Shown in pieces: positions 20,207 through 31,134 of a stretch of DNA of 64,000 nt. The notes below the pieces were generated by a model, which had not been told where the DNA came from, made no database searches, and saw only the letters and a program-made list of their open reading frames with translations. The position numbers and the translations under genes are program-made. Numbering within the stretch: the first letter of the stretch is position 1; each line of letters starts with the position of its first letter. The stretch comes from an uncultured Gemmatimonadaceae bacterium (GTDB lineage: Bacteria > Gemmatimonadota > Gemmatimonadetes > Gemmatimonadales > Gemmatimonadaceae): positions 2,464,001 to 2,528,000 of the forward strand of contig CAVXGK010000002.1 in NCBI GenBank assembly GCA_963761305.1, in the 5' to 3' direction.

Positions 20207-23047
20207 CTACGACGGCTCGGCGGCTAGGACCACCGCAGCCAACTCGTCGAACAGGAACGGCTTGGCCACCACTTCGCAGCCCGTCGCGTCGAGGACGGCG
20301 CGCGCCGCCTCGCTCTGCGTGTCGCCGGTGACGAAGACGACGCGGGCGGGGACGCAACCTTCCTTTTGCAGCGCGCGAAGCATCGCGTCGCCCGTGGTGT
20401 CGGGAAGGCGAAGGTCGAGCAGCATTGCGTCGTACGTCGTGGCACGCGCGCGGGTGAGCGCTTCGGCACCGCTCGACGCCACGTCGACGACGTGCCCGAG
20501 CGAACGAAAGAATATCGATACGGCGTGCCGAATCGCCCCTTCGTCGTCCACCACCAGCAGCCGCTTCGTGCCTGGTGCGACGGCGACCGGCTCGTCGTCG
20601 TCCGACGGCGTGGACGCCGGCGGGTTCGCGTGCGGCAATTCGATCTCGAACGTCGCGCCATGCCCCGGCCGCGAGTCGACGCGAATTCGCCCGCCATGTT
20701 CCCGAACGATGCCGTCCGAGATGGACAGTCCGAGGCCCGTGCCTTCGCCCACCGGCTTGGTGGTGAAGAACGGATTGAAGACCCGCAACAGATTCTCGGC
20801 CGGTACGCCCGGGCCGGTGTCGGCCACCGAGATGAAGAGTTGGTCGCCGCGACGCCCGGTCCGGATGGCGATGCGCTTTTCGCCGTCCCAGCTCGACAGC
20901 GCATGCTCGGCGTTCGTCAGCAGATTGAGCACGACTTGCTGGAGCTGGAACGCGTCGGCCCACGTGAGCGGGAGATCGGGATCGAGATCCGTGTCGATCT
21001 CGACCTGCGCCGTGCGCAACGCATAACGGCGCAACTCCAGCGTATCGAGCACGACGCGATTCAAATCGGCGATCGTGCGCTCCGGCTGATGCTGCCGCGC
21101 GAACGTCAACAGGTTGGCGACGATCTTCGCCGCCCGCCGCGCTTCCTGGTTGATCGCGTCGATCGCCTCGCGATCGGACGGTACGTCGGCCGGCGCCGCG
21201 AGCAGCAGTTGCGCGAACGCCATGACGCTCGCCAATGGGTTGTTCAGCTCGTGCGCCACACCGCTCACCAGCTCGCCGACCGCCGCGAGCTTTTCCTGTT
21301 GCATCAACTGCTCGGTGAGGCGTCGCTCGTCGGTGACGTCGCGGACGATGCCGAGCAAGCCCGTCACGACGCCGTCTTCGGTGAGCGGTGTGACGGTGAG
21401 CGAGCAATAGCGCAGCTCGCCGTTTCCATCCGGGTAGCGCAACTGGCCGCGCGGAAAATCTCCGGCCAAGCCCGCACGGAGCACTTCCTTGGCCGCGGCC
21501 TGGTCGCGCGGATCGATCAGCGAGAACACGGGGTGCCCGATCAGCTGGTCGCGGCTCAGACCCGTGGCCACCTCGAGCGAGCGATTCACCGCCGTCAGAT
21601 TCCCCGACGTATCGGCCGTGAAGATCGCGTCCGACGCCGACTCCACGAGCTGCGTGTAGCGAATCTCCGAGCGCTCGAGCGCCAGATCGCGCTCGCGTTC
21701 TTCGGTGATGTCGCGTGCGACACCGAGGATGCCGATGACGTGCGACGCGTGGCGAATCGGCGTGTTGGTCACCGACGCGAGACGCGCCACGCCGTCCGGT
21801 CGAATGAACCGGCAGTAGTACCGTCGCGCCTGACCGAGCAGCGCGGCCTTGAATTGCTCCTTCACCATCGCTTTGTCACTCGCCGAGACGAACGGCAGCG
21901 GACTTCGCCCCAGCAGCTCGGCGTGCTCCCGCCCCACGAGCTCGCAGGTCGCCTCGTTCACCGACGTGAAGATGCCCTGCGGGTCGACCGTGTAGATCGA
22001 GTCGGTTGCCGTCTCGAACAGGTTCCGGTACCGCGCTTCCGACTGGCCGACCGCGTCGCGGGCGCGACGTTCGTCGTCCACGGCCTGACGGTATCCCTCG
22101 GCGGCAGCCTTGGCGTCCTCGTACAACCGCGCGTTCGCCACGGCGATGGCCACCTGGTCCGCCAGCCGCTCGAGAACGCCTGCGTCGTCTTCGGTGAATT
22201 GCTTTTCGCGATTGATCACCGCGAGCGCGCCGATCGGACCGCTGCTCGAGAAGAGCGGCGCGATCAGCGCCCGGTCGACCTGTGCGGCGATGCGCGACGG
22301 CGTGTACACCTCGGGCACGTTCGTGTCGTTGCAGATGAGCGCGCGGCGTTCGGCGATCGCGCGTCCGCTCAGGCTCGAGTCGATCGGCAACGGCGCTCCG
22401 ACCAGACACTCGCCGACACCGAGGCCCGCAACGACGACGAGCTGAGTATCGCGGACGAGACTCAGCGTCGCGCCCTGCGCGTGCAGCAGTCCCATCGCAT
22501 GGCCGAGGCTCAGCGTCATCACTTCGTCCAGCCGCAGCGAGCCGCTCACGGCGCGCGCGATGTCCGAGAACGCCTCCCCGCGTCCACGTTGGCGCTCGCT
22601 TTCCTCGTACAGCCGCGCGTTCTCGATGATCGATGCGACCTGCTGGGCGAACAGTTCGACGGTGCGCACACGGTCTGCCGTCGGCGCCGTGCTCTCCAGC
22701 GGATCGCCGAGCACCAACGTGCCGAGCGCCGCGCCGCCGACGGCGCGCAGCGGAACGATCAGGTCGTTGGACGCGAGGACGATCGAGTTGCTGATGCGCC
22801 GCGCGACGTGGTCGGCCGGCGGCATCACGAAGTCGTCGTGCGTCTCGACGCGGCCATACCCGATGCGCTTGATGGCCGTCTCGAGAATCGCCAATCGATC
22901 CGCCAACGTCCTCGCGCCCTCGATCTCGGCCAACGCTTCGTGCAGCAAAAAGAGCTGGTTTCGCTCGCGCAGCAGGCGCGCGACCGTGGTGAGCGGCGCC
23001 TGTTCCACGGCCCGCAGGCGGTGCGTGGGTGTCGGAAGCGAAGTCAC
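20207..23047 (-). CDS. Hybrid sensor histidine kinase (GAF-GAF-PAS-PAS-HisKA-HATPase-REC)
   Basis: IENARLY twice, two PAS domains ending RDIT/RDVT, GVAHELNNPL, QVVLNLLTNA, DTGPG, PFFTTK, GTGLGL, LVVDDE...KPF. Confidence 0.96.
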   Translation of the reverse strand: MTSLPTPTHRLRAVEQAPLTTVARLLRERNQLFLLHEALAEIEGARTLADRLAILETAIKRIGYGRVETHDDFVMPPADHVARRISNSIVLASNDLIVPLRAVGGAALGTLVLGDPLESTAPTADRVRTVELFAQQVASIIENARLYEESERQRGRGEAFSDIARAVSGSLRLDEVMTLSLGHAMGLLHAQGATLSLVRDTQLVVVAGLGVGECLVGAPLPIDSSLSGRAIAERRALICNDTNVPEVYTPSRIAAQVDRALIAPLFSSSGPIGALAVINREKQFTEDDAGVLERLADQVAIAVANARLYEDAKAAAEGYRQAVDDERRARDAVGQSEARYRNLFETATDSIYTVDPQGIFTSVNEATCELVGREHAELLGRSPLPFVSASDKAMVKEQFKAALLGQARRYYCRFIRPDGVARLASVTNTPIRHASHVIGILGVARDITEERERDLALERSEIRYTQLVESASDAIFTADTSGNLTAVNRSLEVATGLSRDQLIGHPVFSLIDPRDQAAAKEVLRAGLAGDFPRGQLRYPDGNGELRYCSLTVTPLTEDGVVTGLLGIVRDVTDERRLTEQLMQQEKLAAVGELVSGVAHELNNPLASVMAFAQLLLAAPADVPSDREAIDAINQEARRAAKIVANLLTFARQHQPERTIADLNRVVLDTLELRRYALRTAQVEIDTDLDPDLPLTWADAFQLQQVVLNLLTNAEHALSSWDGEKRIAIRTGRRGDQLFISVADTGPGVPAENLLRVFNPFFTTKPVGEGTGLGLSISDGIVREHGGRIRVDSRPGHGATFEIELPHANPPASTPSDDDEPVAVAPGTKRLLVVDDEGAIRHAVSIFFRSLGHVVDVASSGAEALTRARATTYDAMLLDLRLPDTTGDAMLRALQKEGCVPARVVFVTGDTQSEAARAVLDATGCEVVAKPFLFDELAAVVLAAEPS

Positions 23048-23060
23048 GGGTGGCCGAAGG

Positions 23061-23969
23061 TCAGCCGCGGCGCGGCACGAGAAGCCGAACTGCCAGCGGT
23101 TCGATCGTGGCGTCGAAGGGCGTCGTGCCCATCACGTCTCCATCCGCCTGCCACAAGCGCGGGGGGTCCGTCTCGACGTGAATGTGGCGGCCTGCCACGT
23201 ACAACACGCTGGGGTCGGTGTCGAAGTTCCGGAACGCCATGCGTCGCACGATGCGCAGCGCATCGCGCATCGAATTCGGCGAAAAGACGCAGGCGTCGAG
23301 CATTCCATCATCGGGGCGTATCTCCGGTCCGAGCACCAGGCGCTCGCCGAGCACCGCACCGACGTTGGCGATCATGACCATCGCGGCGCGCCGCTCGTGA
23401 ACCACACCGTCCACCGTGACCCGGACCGTGAAAAAATCCCGGCGAACGACGGTGCGCAGCGCGGCGCGCGCACCCACGATCATGTAGGCGAGTACCCCCA
23501 ATCGACGCTTCAGCCAGCCAGGCGTTTCAGCGATCATGGCCGCGTCGATCCCCACACCGGCGGCCACCGAGAATCCGCCACCCGAATCCAGCCGCCCGAG
23601 ATCGATTCGACGCTCTTCACCGTCGAGGAGGGCCGGCACAGCGCGCTTCACCGAGAGGGGAATTCCGAACGCACGGGCGACGAGATTCCCCGTGCCTCCG
23701 GCGAGGACGCCGATCGGCGTTTCAGCCTCATGCGAGGCCAGCGCGGCCGCGACCTCCATGACGGTTCCGTCGCCGCCGACGACGAACACCGCGTCGTACG
23801 CGTGGGCGTGGCTCGCCGCGAGCTCCGCGGCGTGGCCGGGGCGCTCGGTGAACACGAGATCACAGACGACCGAACGGCTCGCCAGCTCGTGTCGTGCACG
23901 GCCGGCAAGCCGACGCCCCCGGCGCGAGGCCGGGTTCGCAATGACGATCGCGCTGTTGATCTTGCTCAG
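23061..23969 (-). CDS. Diacylglycerol/lipid kinase family protein (YegS/DgkB-like); start uncertain, possibly CTG
   Basis: IANPAS, TERPGHA, GGDGTVMEV, GGTGN, GVGIDA, DDGMLD, QADGD. Confidence 0.9.
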   Translation of the reverse strand: MSKINSAIVIANPASRRGRRLAGRARHELASRSVVCDLVFTERPGHAAELAASHAHAYDAVFVVGGDGTVMEVAAALASHEAETPIGVLAGGTGNLVARAFGIPLSVKRAVPALLDGEERRIDLGRLDSGGGFSVAAGVGIDAAMIAETPGWLKRRLGVLAYMIVGARAALRTVVRRDFFTVRVTVDGVVHERRAAMVMIANVGAVLGERLVLGPEIRPDDGMLDACVFSPNSMRDALRIVRRMAFRNFDTDPSVLYVAGRHIHVETDPPRLWQADGDVMGTTPFDATIEPLAVRLLVPRRG

Positions 23970-26900
23970 AATCGGAACGTGTGATGCAGCGACACGCTGA
24001 ACTGATTGGGCGTCGGCACGATCCCGATGATGCTCTGCCCGGGTGAGCACGTCCGCGTCGCGGTCGCCGGATCGTAGGCGAGCTGCGTCGACAGCTTCGG
24101 GTCGAATCGGTATTCCACCTTGGCACCGACGCCCGAGAGCAGGTTCGAGCTCTGGGCGTTGTTCTCGAACTGGCAGAGCCCCGTGTTCAAGCTCAGATAC
24201 ATCTTGTCGGCGAACTGCTTCTCGACGCCGAACGTCGCGCCGTACAGGTACTGCTGGAGATTGCTGGTCGTCGACGTTTGACCGGGCTGTTGACCGGTGC
24301 CGAGCTCGAACCGAAACGCGTCGAAAAACGGGCCGACGAGGCTTCGCAGGCTGCTGGCTGCCGCGGCGCTCACCGTCGGCCCGATGAACTGGGCGAGCGC
24401 CTCACGCGTCTGGTTGTTCAGCTCGAAGCCCGGCGCGCCCGTGACGAGGTAACTCACGAGATCCGACTGCGAGATGGCGTAGTCCGCGTTGCTCGAGAAG
24501 GTGATCCCCGGATACGGAATCAGCGGACCGCGCAGGTTCACGATCACGCCGAGGTCGCGGTCGCGGTACTGCTTCACGTTGTACTGTGCGCTGATGTCGA
24601 GCGTCGGGTTGGATGCGTCGCCGGTGAACGTCACGCTTCCGTCAGGGAGGACGTCGAACTGACGCCGCGCGAGCCCGAGATCGAGCACGTACGTTCCGCC
24701 GATCGTGCGCAGCGTGCCCTCGAGACCCAGCCGCGGGATCAGCTCGTTGGTCGACGCCAGCAGCCGATTGGCCCTCGCCGCGGACGTCACCGCGTTCAAT
24801 GATCCGCCCAATCGCACATCGGCTTCCTTCGACTTGAGTCGGACGTCGCTGCCGAGCGTGACCGTAAAGCTTGGGATCGTGAGGCCCGATTGCAGCTGCG
24901 CCAGTGGAGCCCGGCCGCCCACGATTGTCTCACTTCCCAGATCGATCGACGTTTGGTCCAACTGTTTTCGGGCGAGGTCGCGGTCGGCCAGGAAGATCGC
25001 GCTGTGATCGACTTGCACCGCGCCCGTGAGGCGTGCGGCGTTCAGATCGCCGACGATCTGAATCGGCTCGCTGGTAGTGGCGTAGATGTCCGCGACGCCC
25101 CGCTTGTTGAGCGCGTGGTAGTTGTTGAGGATGACAGCAACACGAAACGACGGGACCGGGACGGGTCTGACCGGATCGGGTTTGGTGAGAAGGAATCGGG
25201 CGAGATTCTTCACCCAGCCGTTTACCGTGATCGAGCCGCGCTCGGCCCCGCGCTGCGTGCCAAGCGAGGTGGCTTGGCACTTCGAGATGCTCACGCTATC
25301 GCCGCCGGCCAGATCGCCCGCGCCAGACACGGTGCACTGAACGTCGCTGAGCACGATGCCGATCTGCGGAAGCGTCGCGCTGCCATTCACGATCTGCACG
25401 CCTTGCGAACAGCCGGCGATCGCCGAAATACACCGCACGTCATCACCAGTTCTGAACACCGGCGCGCTCGGCGTTCCCGCGATGGTGATGTCTCCCCGCA
25501 GTGTGCCCGTCACCTGGCTGAACGAGCGCGACATGAGCTGAACGATCGAGAGATCGGTCGACGGAATCGAGATTCTTCCGTCCATCGGGTCGTTCCGAGT
25601 CTTGAGGCTGAAGAGCCGGAAGTCGACCGGGATCGTCGCGTCGGCGATCAGCGCCGTCAGTCCGCTGCGCTGAAGCGCCAGACCCACTCGGGCGCTGCGG
25701 TCTTGCAGCTGACCGGTGAGCGTCACGCTGTCCAACATCACGCCGAACCGCTTCAAACCCGCGATCGACACCGACCCGTCCAGGATCGGATGGTCGCGCG
25801 TGCCGCTCAGCGTTGCGTCCACTCGGCCGAGGCCGGCGATGCTGTCGGCGAATTGCTCGAGCACGCCGACGTCGCCGAGCGGAAGGTTCGTCGCACGCAC
25901 TCGGCCCGCGACGCGACCGGTGTTCGGCACGTTTCCGCTCAAGGCAACGACCGCGCTGTCCCGGTTCTTGAGCACGAGCGAGTCGAGTCGCGTGCCCAGA
26001 CTGTCGCGCTGGAGATGCGTCTGCCCGGCGAGCTTCCACTCGTCCTTGCCGACCACCAGATCGAGCGACGTGAGTCCCACCGCCCACGCGGAATTGAGCA
26101 GGCTCCACGTTCCGCCCGCGACCGCGATCGGGCCGTTGTGGCTCTGCGCGCCGAGCTGGAACTGCGCGTGCGACGCGTCGCTGGCGATGAGCGTGCCGCC
26201 GAGCGTGTCGAGTACGATGCCGCCCACCGTCGCCGTGTCCGCGCTCACCGTGAGCCGCCCCGACGCCGAATTCAGGGCATCGGCGATGTCGAAGTCCACG
26301 GTGAGCGAATGGGTCTTGTCCTTCGCGAAGTACAGCTGCGAACCCGTCAGCGTGCCGGCCAGCCGCAACGAGTCGAGACGGCCTTGAGCGAACCCGGTGA
26401 CCCTGATTTCGCCCGACAGCGAATCGGCCTCCGCAGTCGAGTCTCGGCTCGACAGAACCCGTCGCAGGCCGCCAAGTGAATCGAGATCGTACGTGAAGGT
26501 GAGCGAATCAAAGCTGCCTTTCGGCAGGCCGATGCCGCCGCTCGCGCGAACAGTGCCGGCCGCCGTTTCCACCAGCAGCGTGTCGACGTGCATCCGCCCG
26601 TTGGCGAATGTCGCCCGCGCGCGGGACGGATAGACCGTGACGCCGCCGAAATTCGTCCGCTCGATCACCGCGCCGGCGCTGCCGTGCAGCGAGCTCGCCG
26701 TGGCGCCCGCGACGTCGACGTCATAGTGCCCGCTGAGTGCGCCGCTCGGGAACTCGTTCTTCGCGAGTAGCTTCGCCGGACTGAACCCGCTGAACTGGCC
26801 GTGCCCCCGCGCGCCATAGCCCCCGACTGTGTCGAGGTCGACGCGTCCGTCGAAGCTGAACGTTCCCGCGTCGCCCGTGAGCGTCGTCGTCAGCGCGAGG

Positions 26901-28603
26901 TCGGGCGATTGGCCCACTGCCTTGAGGGGCCCGCTCACCAAACCGCGCAGCGGACTCGGATACGAACGCGACAGCATCGTCAACGACAACGGCCGCGCGT
27001 CGAGCGTGACGTCGTAGGTCATCAGCGGTTCGCCGTAGGTGATGCGGCCGCTGCCCGTGATGTGCGACGGATCGCCCGGACCGTCCTGGTGGAAGACGTT
27101 GGCGTTCGAGAAGCGGACGTCCATCCACGACGAATCGAGCGTCGCCGTGCCGTAGATGGTACCGCCGAGCCGAGGGAACGACGGATACAGATACTCGATC
27201 GATCGCAGATCGACCGACGTCGCGTTCACGTTGAAGTTGTGAAACGCGGTGAGTCCCGGGTACAGGATGTCGAGCTCGCCCTTGCCCGTGGCCTTGGTAA
27301 CGGCGCCGGGCACGTGCGCGTCGCGAAACGTGACGTTCGATTCGTCGACGATGAAGTGCGTGAGCGGTCCGCCGCGACCCTTCACGGTTCCATAGAGTTG
27401 CCCGCGCCAATCGACCGGGAACGGTTTCTGGTTGATTGTGCGCAGGAACTCGAAATCCACCGGATCGGCGCGCAGATCGACGTTGCGCACGAGCAGAACC
27501 GGAGCGCCGATGCCGAACCACATCGTTCCGGTGACGTGCGACCCGGTGGTCTTCACGTCCATGTTCATCAACCGGAAGTCGACGATCTGGAGTTTCTTCG
27601 GATCGACGTCGTTGCGAATGGCGAGGTCGAGCGATCCTCCGCCGGTCCTCGGCAGCGGCGGATACGCCCAGTTCACGTCGTCGAGCGACACCGAGTTGCC
27701 GTGGATGATGATGTCGTAGCGCGTCGGCAGGTCGCTTCCCCACCAGACCTTTCCCGCGCCTCGTCCATTCGACGCCGGCAGCTCGAAGTGCGGCGACTGA
27801 AACCAGACCGAGTCGCCTTGCAGGCGTACGTCGGCCATGACGTTGCGGTACTTGAACGTCGGCTCGAACCCGTCCGCCGACAGCGTCGCGATCTTGAACT
27901 CTCGGCCGTACGAAACGTCGCTGTCGGGGTCGGCGAGACGGGCGTGCGCGATGAGACCGTTGATGTCCTTCCACGCGTACAGCCTTCCGAACCCGTCGAA
28001 GGTCTGCGTCACCGCGCGAGCCGGATTCGCCAGCGTGACGCGGATCACACTGTCACGGCGCGGGCCCTTGAGCGAATCGTCGGGGTGCCACGGCATCGTG
28101 AGCAGGAACGTGGCGTCGTGGACGTGTGTCGAGTCGACGACAAAGTAGTTGCCCCACCCGCGCGTGCTGACTTCGGGCGTCTTCGGCGTCGGGCTGGTGG
28201 CGAACAGCTTCTTGAAATTCCAGGAGTAGTCGGCGTACTGGACGAAGTGCACGTACGGGTGCTCGAGGGTCGCCCGCCGGATGAGAATCCGGTAATCGAT
28301 GAGGTCGCGCGGGTTGTATTCGAGCGTGATCGGACCCGAGCTCATGACCAGTTCGCCGCGCCCGTCCCGGATCGCGACGCTGTCGATCGTGAGTTGGCTG
28401 AGGAAGTTGCCGCCGATGTGTCCGAGGTAGATCGAGCCGCGGCCCTTGAGCGCCCGCGCAATGAACGGCTGGGCAACCGATGTCCGCACCCACTCGCGCC
28501 CACGGTAGGTGCGTATCACGAAGAAGACCCCGGACACCACGAGGAGTCCGAGGAAGACCAGCACGCCAGCCGCGACCAGGGCGACGAGACTGCGGCGCTT
28601 CAT
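23966..28603 (-). CDS. tamB: Translocation/assembly module TamB-like protein
   Basis: 1545 aa, N-terminal TM anchor, beta-rich body, C-terminal DUF490-like region (FTGDASNPTLDISA, SQSDLVSYLVTG); downstream of an Omp85 gene. Confidence 0.85.
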   Translation of the reverse strand: MKRRSLVALVAAGVLVFLGLLVVSGVFFVIRTYRGREWVRTSVAQPFIARALKGRGSIYLGHIGGNFLSQLTIDSVAIRDGRGELVMSSGPITLEYNPRDLIDYRILIRRATLEHPYVHFVQYADYSWNFKKLFATSPTPKTPEVSTRGWGNYFVVDSTHVHDATFLLTMPWHPDDSLKGPRRDSVIRVTLANPARAVTQTFDGFGRLYAWKDINGLIAHARLADPDSDVSYGREFKIATLSADGFEPTFKYRNVMADVRLQGDSVWFQSPHFELPASNGRGAGKVWWGSDLPTRYDIIIHGNSVSLDDVNWAYPPLPRTGGGSLDLAIRNDVDPKKLQIVDFRLMNMDVKTTGSHVTGTMWFGIGAPVLLVRNVDLRADPVDFEFLRTINQKPFPVDWRGQLYGTVKGRGGPLTHFIVDESNVTFRDAHVPGAVTKATGKGELDILYPGLTAFHNFNVNATSVDLRSIEYLYPSFPRLGGTIYGTATLDSSWMDVRFSNANVFHQDGPGDPSHITGSGRITYGEPLMTYDVTLDARPLSLTMLSRSYPSPLRGLVSGPLKAVGQSPDLALTTTLTGDAGTFSFDGRVDLDTVGGYGARGHGQFSGFSPAKLLAKNEFPSGALSGHYDVDVAGATASSLHGSAGAVIERTNFGGVTVYPSRARATFANGRMHVDTLLVETAAGTVRASGGIGLPKGSFDSLTFTYDLDSLGGLRRVLSSRDSTAEADSLSGEIRVTGFAQGRLDSLRLAGTLTGSQLYFAKDKTHSLTVDFDIADALNSASGRLTVSADTATVGGIVLDTLGGTLIASDASHAQFQLGAQSHNGPIAVAGGTWSLLNSAWAVGLTSLDLVVGKDEWKLAGQTHLQRDSLGTRLDSLVLKNRDSAVVALSGNVPNTGRVAGRVRATNLPLGDVGVLEQFADSIAGLGRVDATLSGTRDHPILDGSVSIAGLKRFGVMLDSVTLTGQLQDRSARVGLALQRSGLTALIADATIPVDFRLFSLKTRNDPMDGRISIPSTDLSIVQLMSRSFSQVTGTLRGDITIAGTPSAPVFRTGDDVRCISAIAGCSQGVQIVNGSATLPQIGIVLSDVQCTVSGAGDLAGGDSVSISKCQATSLGTQRGAERGSITVNGWVKNLARFLLTKPDPVRPVPVPSFRVAVILNNYHALNKRGVADIYATTSEPIQIVGDLNAARLTGAVQVDHSAIFLADRDLARKQLDQTSIDLGSETIVGGRAPLAQLQSGLTIPSFTVTLGSDVRLKSKEADVRLGGSLNAVTSAARANRLLASTNELIPRLGLEGTLRTIGGTYVLDLGLARRQFDVLPDGSVTFTGDASNPTLDISAQYNVKQYRDRDLGVIVNLRGPLIPYPGITFSSNADYAISQSDLVSYLVTGAPGFELNNQTREALAQFIGPTVSAAAASSLRSLVGPFFDAFRFELGTGQQPGQTSTTSNLQQYLYGATFGVEKQFADKMYLSLNTGLCQFENNAQSSNLLSGVGAKVEYRFDPKLSTQLAYDPATATRTCSPGQSIIGIVPTPNQFSVSLHHTFRF

Positions 28604-28610
28604 GCGAGAA

Positions 28611-30959
28611 TCAGAAGGTCGTTCCGATCGAGAGGATTTTGGTCAGCCGGTTGAAGAATCCCTTGGCAGTCGGAGGTGCGAACGTCGCGGGGCACTTCGC
28701 CTGCGTCACCGAGCCGTCGGTGCCTATCGTCACAGGGACGGTCGGTGCCCCCGGCGGCGTCACACAGATGAGAGGCGCCGCTCCCGAGGCCGTGACCGGG
28801 GACGCGAAGTACACCGGCCCCGGTTGGTTCGGGTGAGCGTTGTACCCCAGACTGATCTGAATTGGCCCGATCGGCGACGTGATCCGGAACCCCAGCCCCG
28901 GAGTGACCAGGATGGGCTGCAGATGGACGTTGCTGACGTTCGAAATCTGGCTCCACACCTGGCCCCCGTCGACGAATGGCACGTATTGCAAGACGTTGGG
29001 GAAGAATGGGTCGCGGATCCGCATCTCCAGGTTGAACACGAAGACCGCGTTGCCGCCGACCGGCTGGGTTCTGAACACGCCGGAGTTCGGATTCCTGAGA
29101 ACGTACGCCTCCGTAACGGACTTTGGTGTTGTTTCGACATTCACGATGTTGAACTTGGTCGTGTCAACGAGGTACACGACCGGACCGAGCAGATTCTGCC
29201 CGAACCCCCGCACGCTGTTCGGGCCGCCCGCGAACAGCCGCTCCTGATACGGCGGCAGCTTGGCGCCCGTCGAATCACTCGGCGCCGTGATCGCGCCGCC
29301 GCTCACGCGCGCGGCGAACACGACCCGTTTGTTGAGAGACTTGTAGCCGGAAATCTCGAGCGTGCCCTTCCCGAACTGCTGCGACGGGTCGGATCCGATC
29401 GCCGGCGCGGCGCCGCGCAGCTCGCCGGCGATGCTGTAGCCGCGCGTCGGCTCGACGCGATCGTCCACGCGAATGCGCTGTAACGACACGCTGGCCACCG
29501 CGAGCCGCAGATTCCGCTGGAACTCGGACTGCTCGTCCAACGTGCAGCGAAAGAACAGGGCGCAGAGCACCGCCGGCTGCGCTTCCGTCTTTCCGTATTC
29601 GAGCGTGTACCCGACCCGCAACGGCATCCCTTCGCCGACGTAGCGAGTCGCCGACACGTCACCGCCGACGTAGGTGGTGCGCAGGTAGGCCCGGTACTCG
29701 CCGCGCCGCTCGGTGTACGCCGTATACGCCGGAATCCAGTGCGTGCCGAACAACGTCGGCTGCCGCATCGAGGCGCCGAGGTAGTAGTTCAGCTTCGAGC
29801 TGGCGATGCTGTCCTGGTCGAGCGAGGGCCGATAGCAGAGGTTGCGCGTCGCCGGCGTCGCGAGCGGGCTGCCATACCCGATCTTCGACAGGCGCGCCGT
29901 GAGATCGAACCGCCGGGCGTCGTTGAGGAAGTTCTTATCCGTGTACTGCCCGCTCACCCGAAAGCAATCCAGCGTCGCCCACGCCTCGTCTTGGTCGTAT
30001 TGGCGCATGAAGTCTTCGCGCAGATCCACGCGGACGTCCGTCAGCGTGTCAGCGAGACTGTCCTTTGCCGAGCGCGCCCCGGTCGTCGCCCCAGTATCCG
30101 CGCGCGCCGACGAGTCGATGCCGACGTCGACGTGCTTGAATGCGCCGAGGTTGTACAGGTTGCGCTGGCCGTTGGTCAGCGCGTCGTCGCTGTACCGGTC
30201 GCCCGACGAAAACCCAAGCAGCCGCCGCACCACGGCGGTATCGATCTGCGGGGGGCCGCCGGCCTGCGACGCGCTGTTGACGCGAATCGCGCCGATGCGC
30301 GTGCGTAGTCCCGTTTCGACCTCGAGGCGCACCGCCACGAGATGGGCGTCGAGGTGCGTCGAGAATTGCGGAAAGATTGTCGCGCTCGGGTAGCCGTCGT
30401 CGTGCAGCCGCTGGGTGATCACCGCGATGTCCGACGCCATCTGCAGCTTGCCGGCGCGTTCGCCCAGCTTCAGCTGGAGATCCTTCGTGACCTTCGCCGA
30501 ATCGGCAACTGTTTCAAGACCGGTGATCTCGAGCGAGTCGAGCAGCAACGGCTTCCCTTCGTTGATCCGGAACGTGACGTCGACGACGGCCTTGCCGACC
30601 GTCTGGACGAGCGTGTCGACGTGGGTGTCGTAGAAGCCGTTGTTCTTATAAAAGTTCTTGAGGCCGAGGGTGTCGGGGCCGACGCCGTCCGGCGGATAGC
30701 ATCGCTCGGTGCCTAGAAACCGGAAGTGTCGTCGGGCAAATGACGACGGCGTGGTCACGACGACTGCCGACAGCTGGTCGCTGCCGAATGCCGTGTTGCC
30801 GACGAAATGGAGATCGCGCACCATGCGATCGCCCTCCACGCACTCCTGCGCGCCGGCGCGCGCCGGAAGCAACATCGCGAGGGACACGAGAGCGGCGGCG
30901 ACACAAACGCGGGTCGCCCATACGACGCTGGAGGCGCTCTGTGCGGAGTTGCCGGTCAC
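28611..30959 (-). CDS. BamA/TamA (Omp85) family outer membrane protein; start uncertain
   Basis: Signal peptide, POTRA-like segments (FVGNTAF, INEG), FAGGPNSVRGF, GLGFRITSPIGPI, terminal F; GAGGGG before GTG 30959. Confidence 0.9.
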   Translation of the reverse strand: MTGNSAQSASSVVWATRVCVAAALVSLAMLLPARAGAQECVEGDRMVRDLHFVGNTAFGSDQLSAVVVTTPSSFARRHFRFLGTERCYPPDGVGPDTLGLKNFYKNNGFYDTHVDTLVQTVGKAVVDVTFRINEGKPLLLDSLEITGLETVADSAKVTKDLQLKLGERAGKLQMASDIAVITQRLHDDGYPSATIFPQFSTHLDAHLVAVRLEVETGLRTRIGAIRVNSASQAGGPPQIDTAVVRRLLGFSSGDRYSDDALTNGQRNLYNLGAFKHVDVGIDSSARADTGATTGARSAKDSLADTLTDVRVDLREDFMRQYDQDEAWATLDCFRVSGQYTDKNFLNDARRFDLTARLSKIGYGSPLATPATRNLCYRPSLDQDSIASSKLNYYLGASMRQPTLFGTHWIPAYTAYTERRGEYRAYLRTTYVGGDVSATRYVGEGMPLRVGYTLEYGKTEAQPAVLCALFFRCTLDEQSEFQRNLRLAVASVSLQRIRVDDRVEPTRGYSIAGELRGAAPAIGSDPSQQFGKGTLEISGYKSLNKRVVFAARVSGGAITAPSDSTGAKLPPYQERLFAGGPNSVRGFGQNLLGPVVYLVDTTKFNIVNVETTPKSVTEAYVLRNPNSGVFRTQPVGGNAVFVFNLEMRIRDPFFPNVLQYVPFVDGGQVWSQISNVSNVHLQPILVTPGLGFRITSPIGPIQISLGYNAHPNQPGPVYFASPVTASGAAPLICVTPPGAPTVPVTIGTDGSVTQAKCPATFAPPTAKGFFNRLTKILSIGTTF

Positions 30960-31081
30960 TGCCCCTCGTGAAGTCCGGCCGCGGCCGGCCGGGGAAGCGA
31001 TCATCATGGACACCACCCGACGCTTCGGCGGTGCTGACACACGACGCGCCCGCGCGGACTGCCTCCGGCGGGCGCATCTGA

Positions 31082-31111
31082 TTGACGCTTGACGGCGGGA
31101 CGGGGTAAGTT
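31082..31111 (+). promoter_or_regulatory. Putative sigma-70 promoter of the ABC substrate-binding gene
   Basis: TTGACG (31082-87), 18 nt, TAAGTT (31106-11). Confidence 0.5.
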
Positions 31112-31134
31112 CTCGCGCGGCTCTGCCAGTGTCA

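Noticed and set aside
20366..23377. 1003-aa plus-strand ORF and similar long antisense ORFs (e.g. 26801-28654, 38144-40399, 7506-9221)
   Set aside because: Shadow ORFs opposite well-supported genes, expected in high-GC DNA, with no recognisable motifs.
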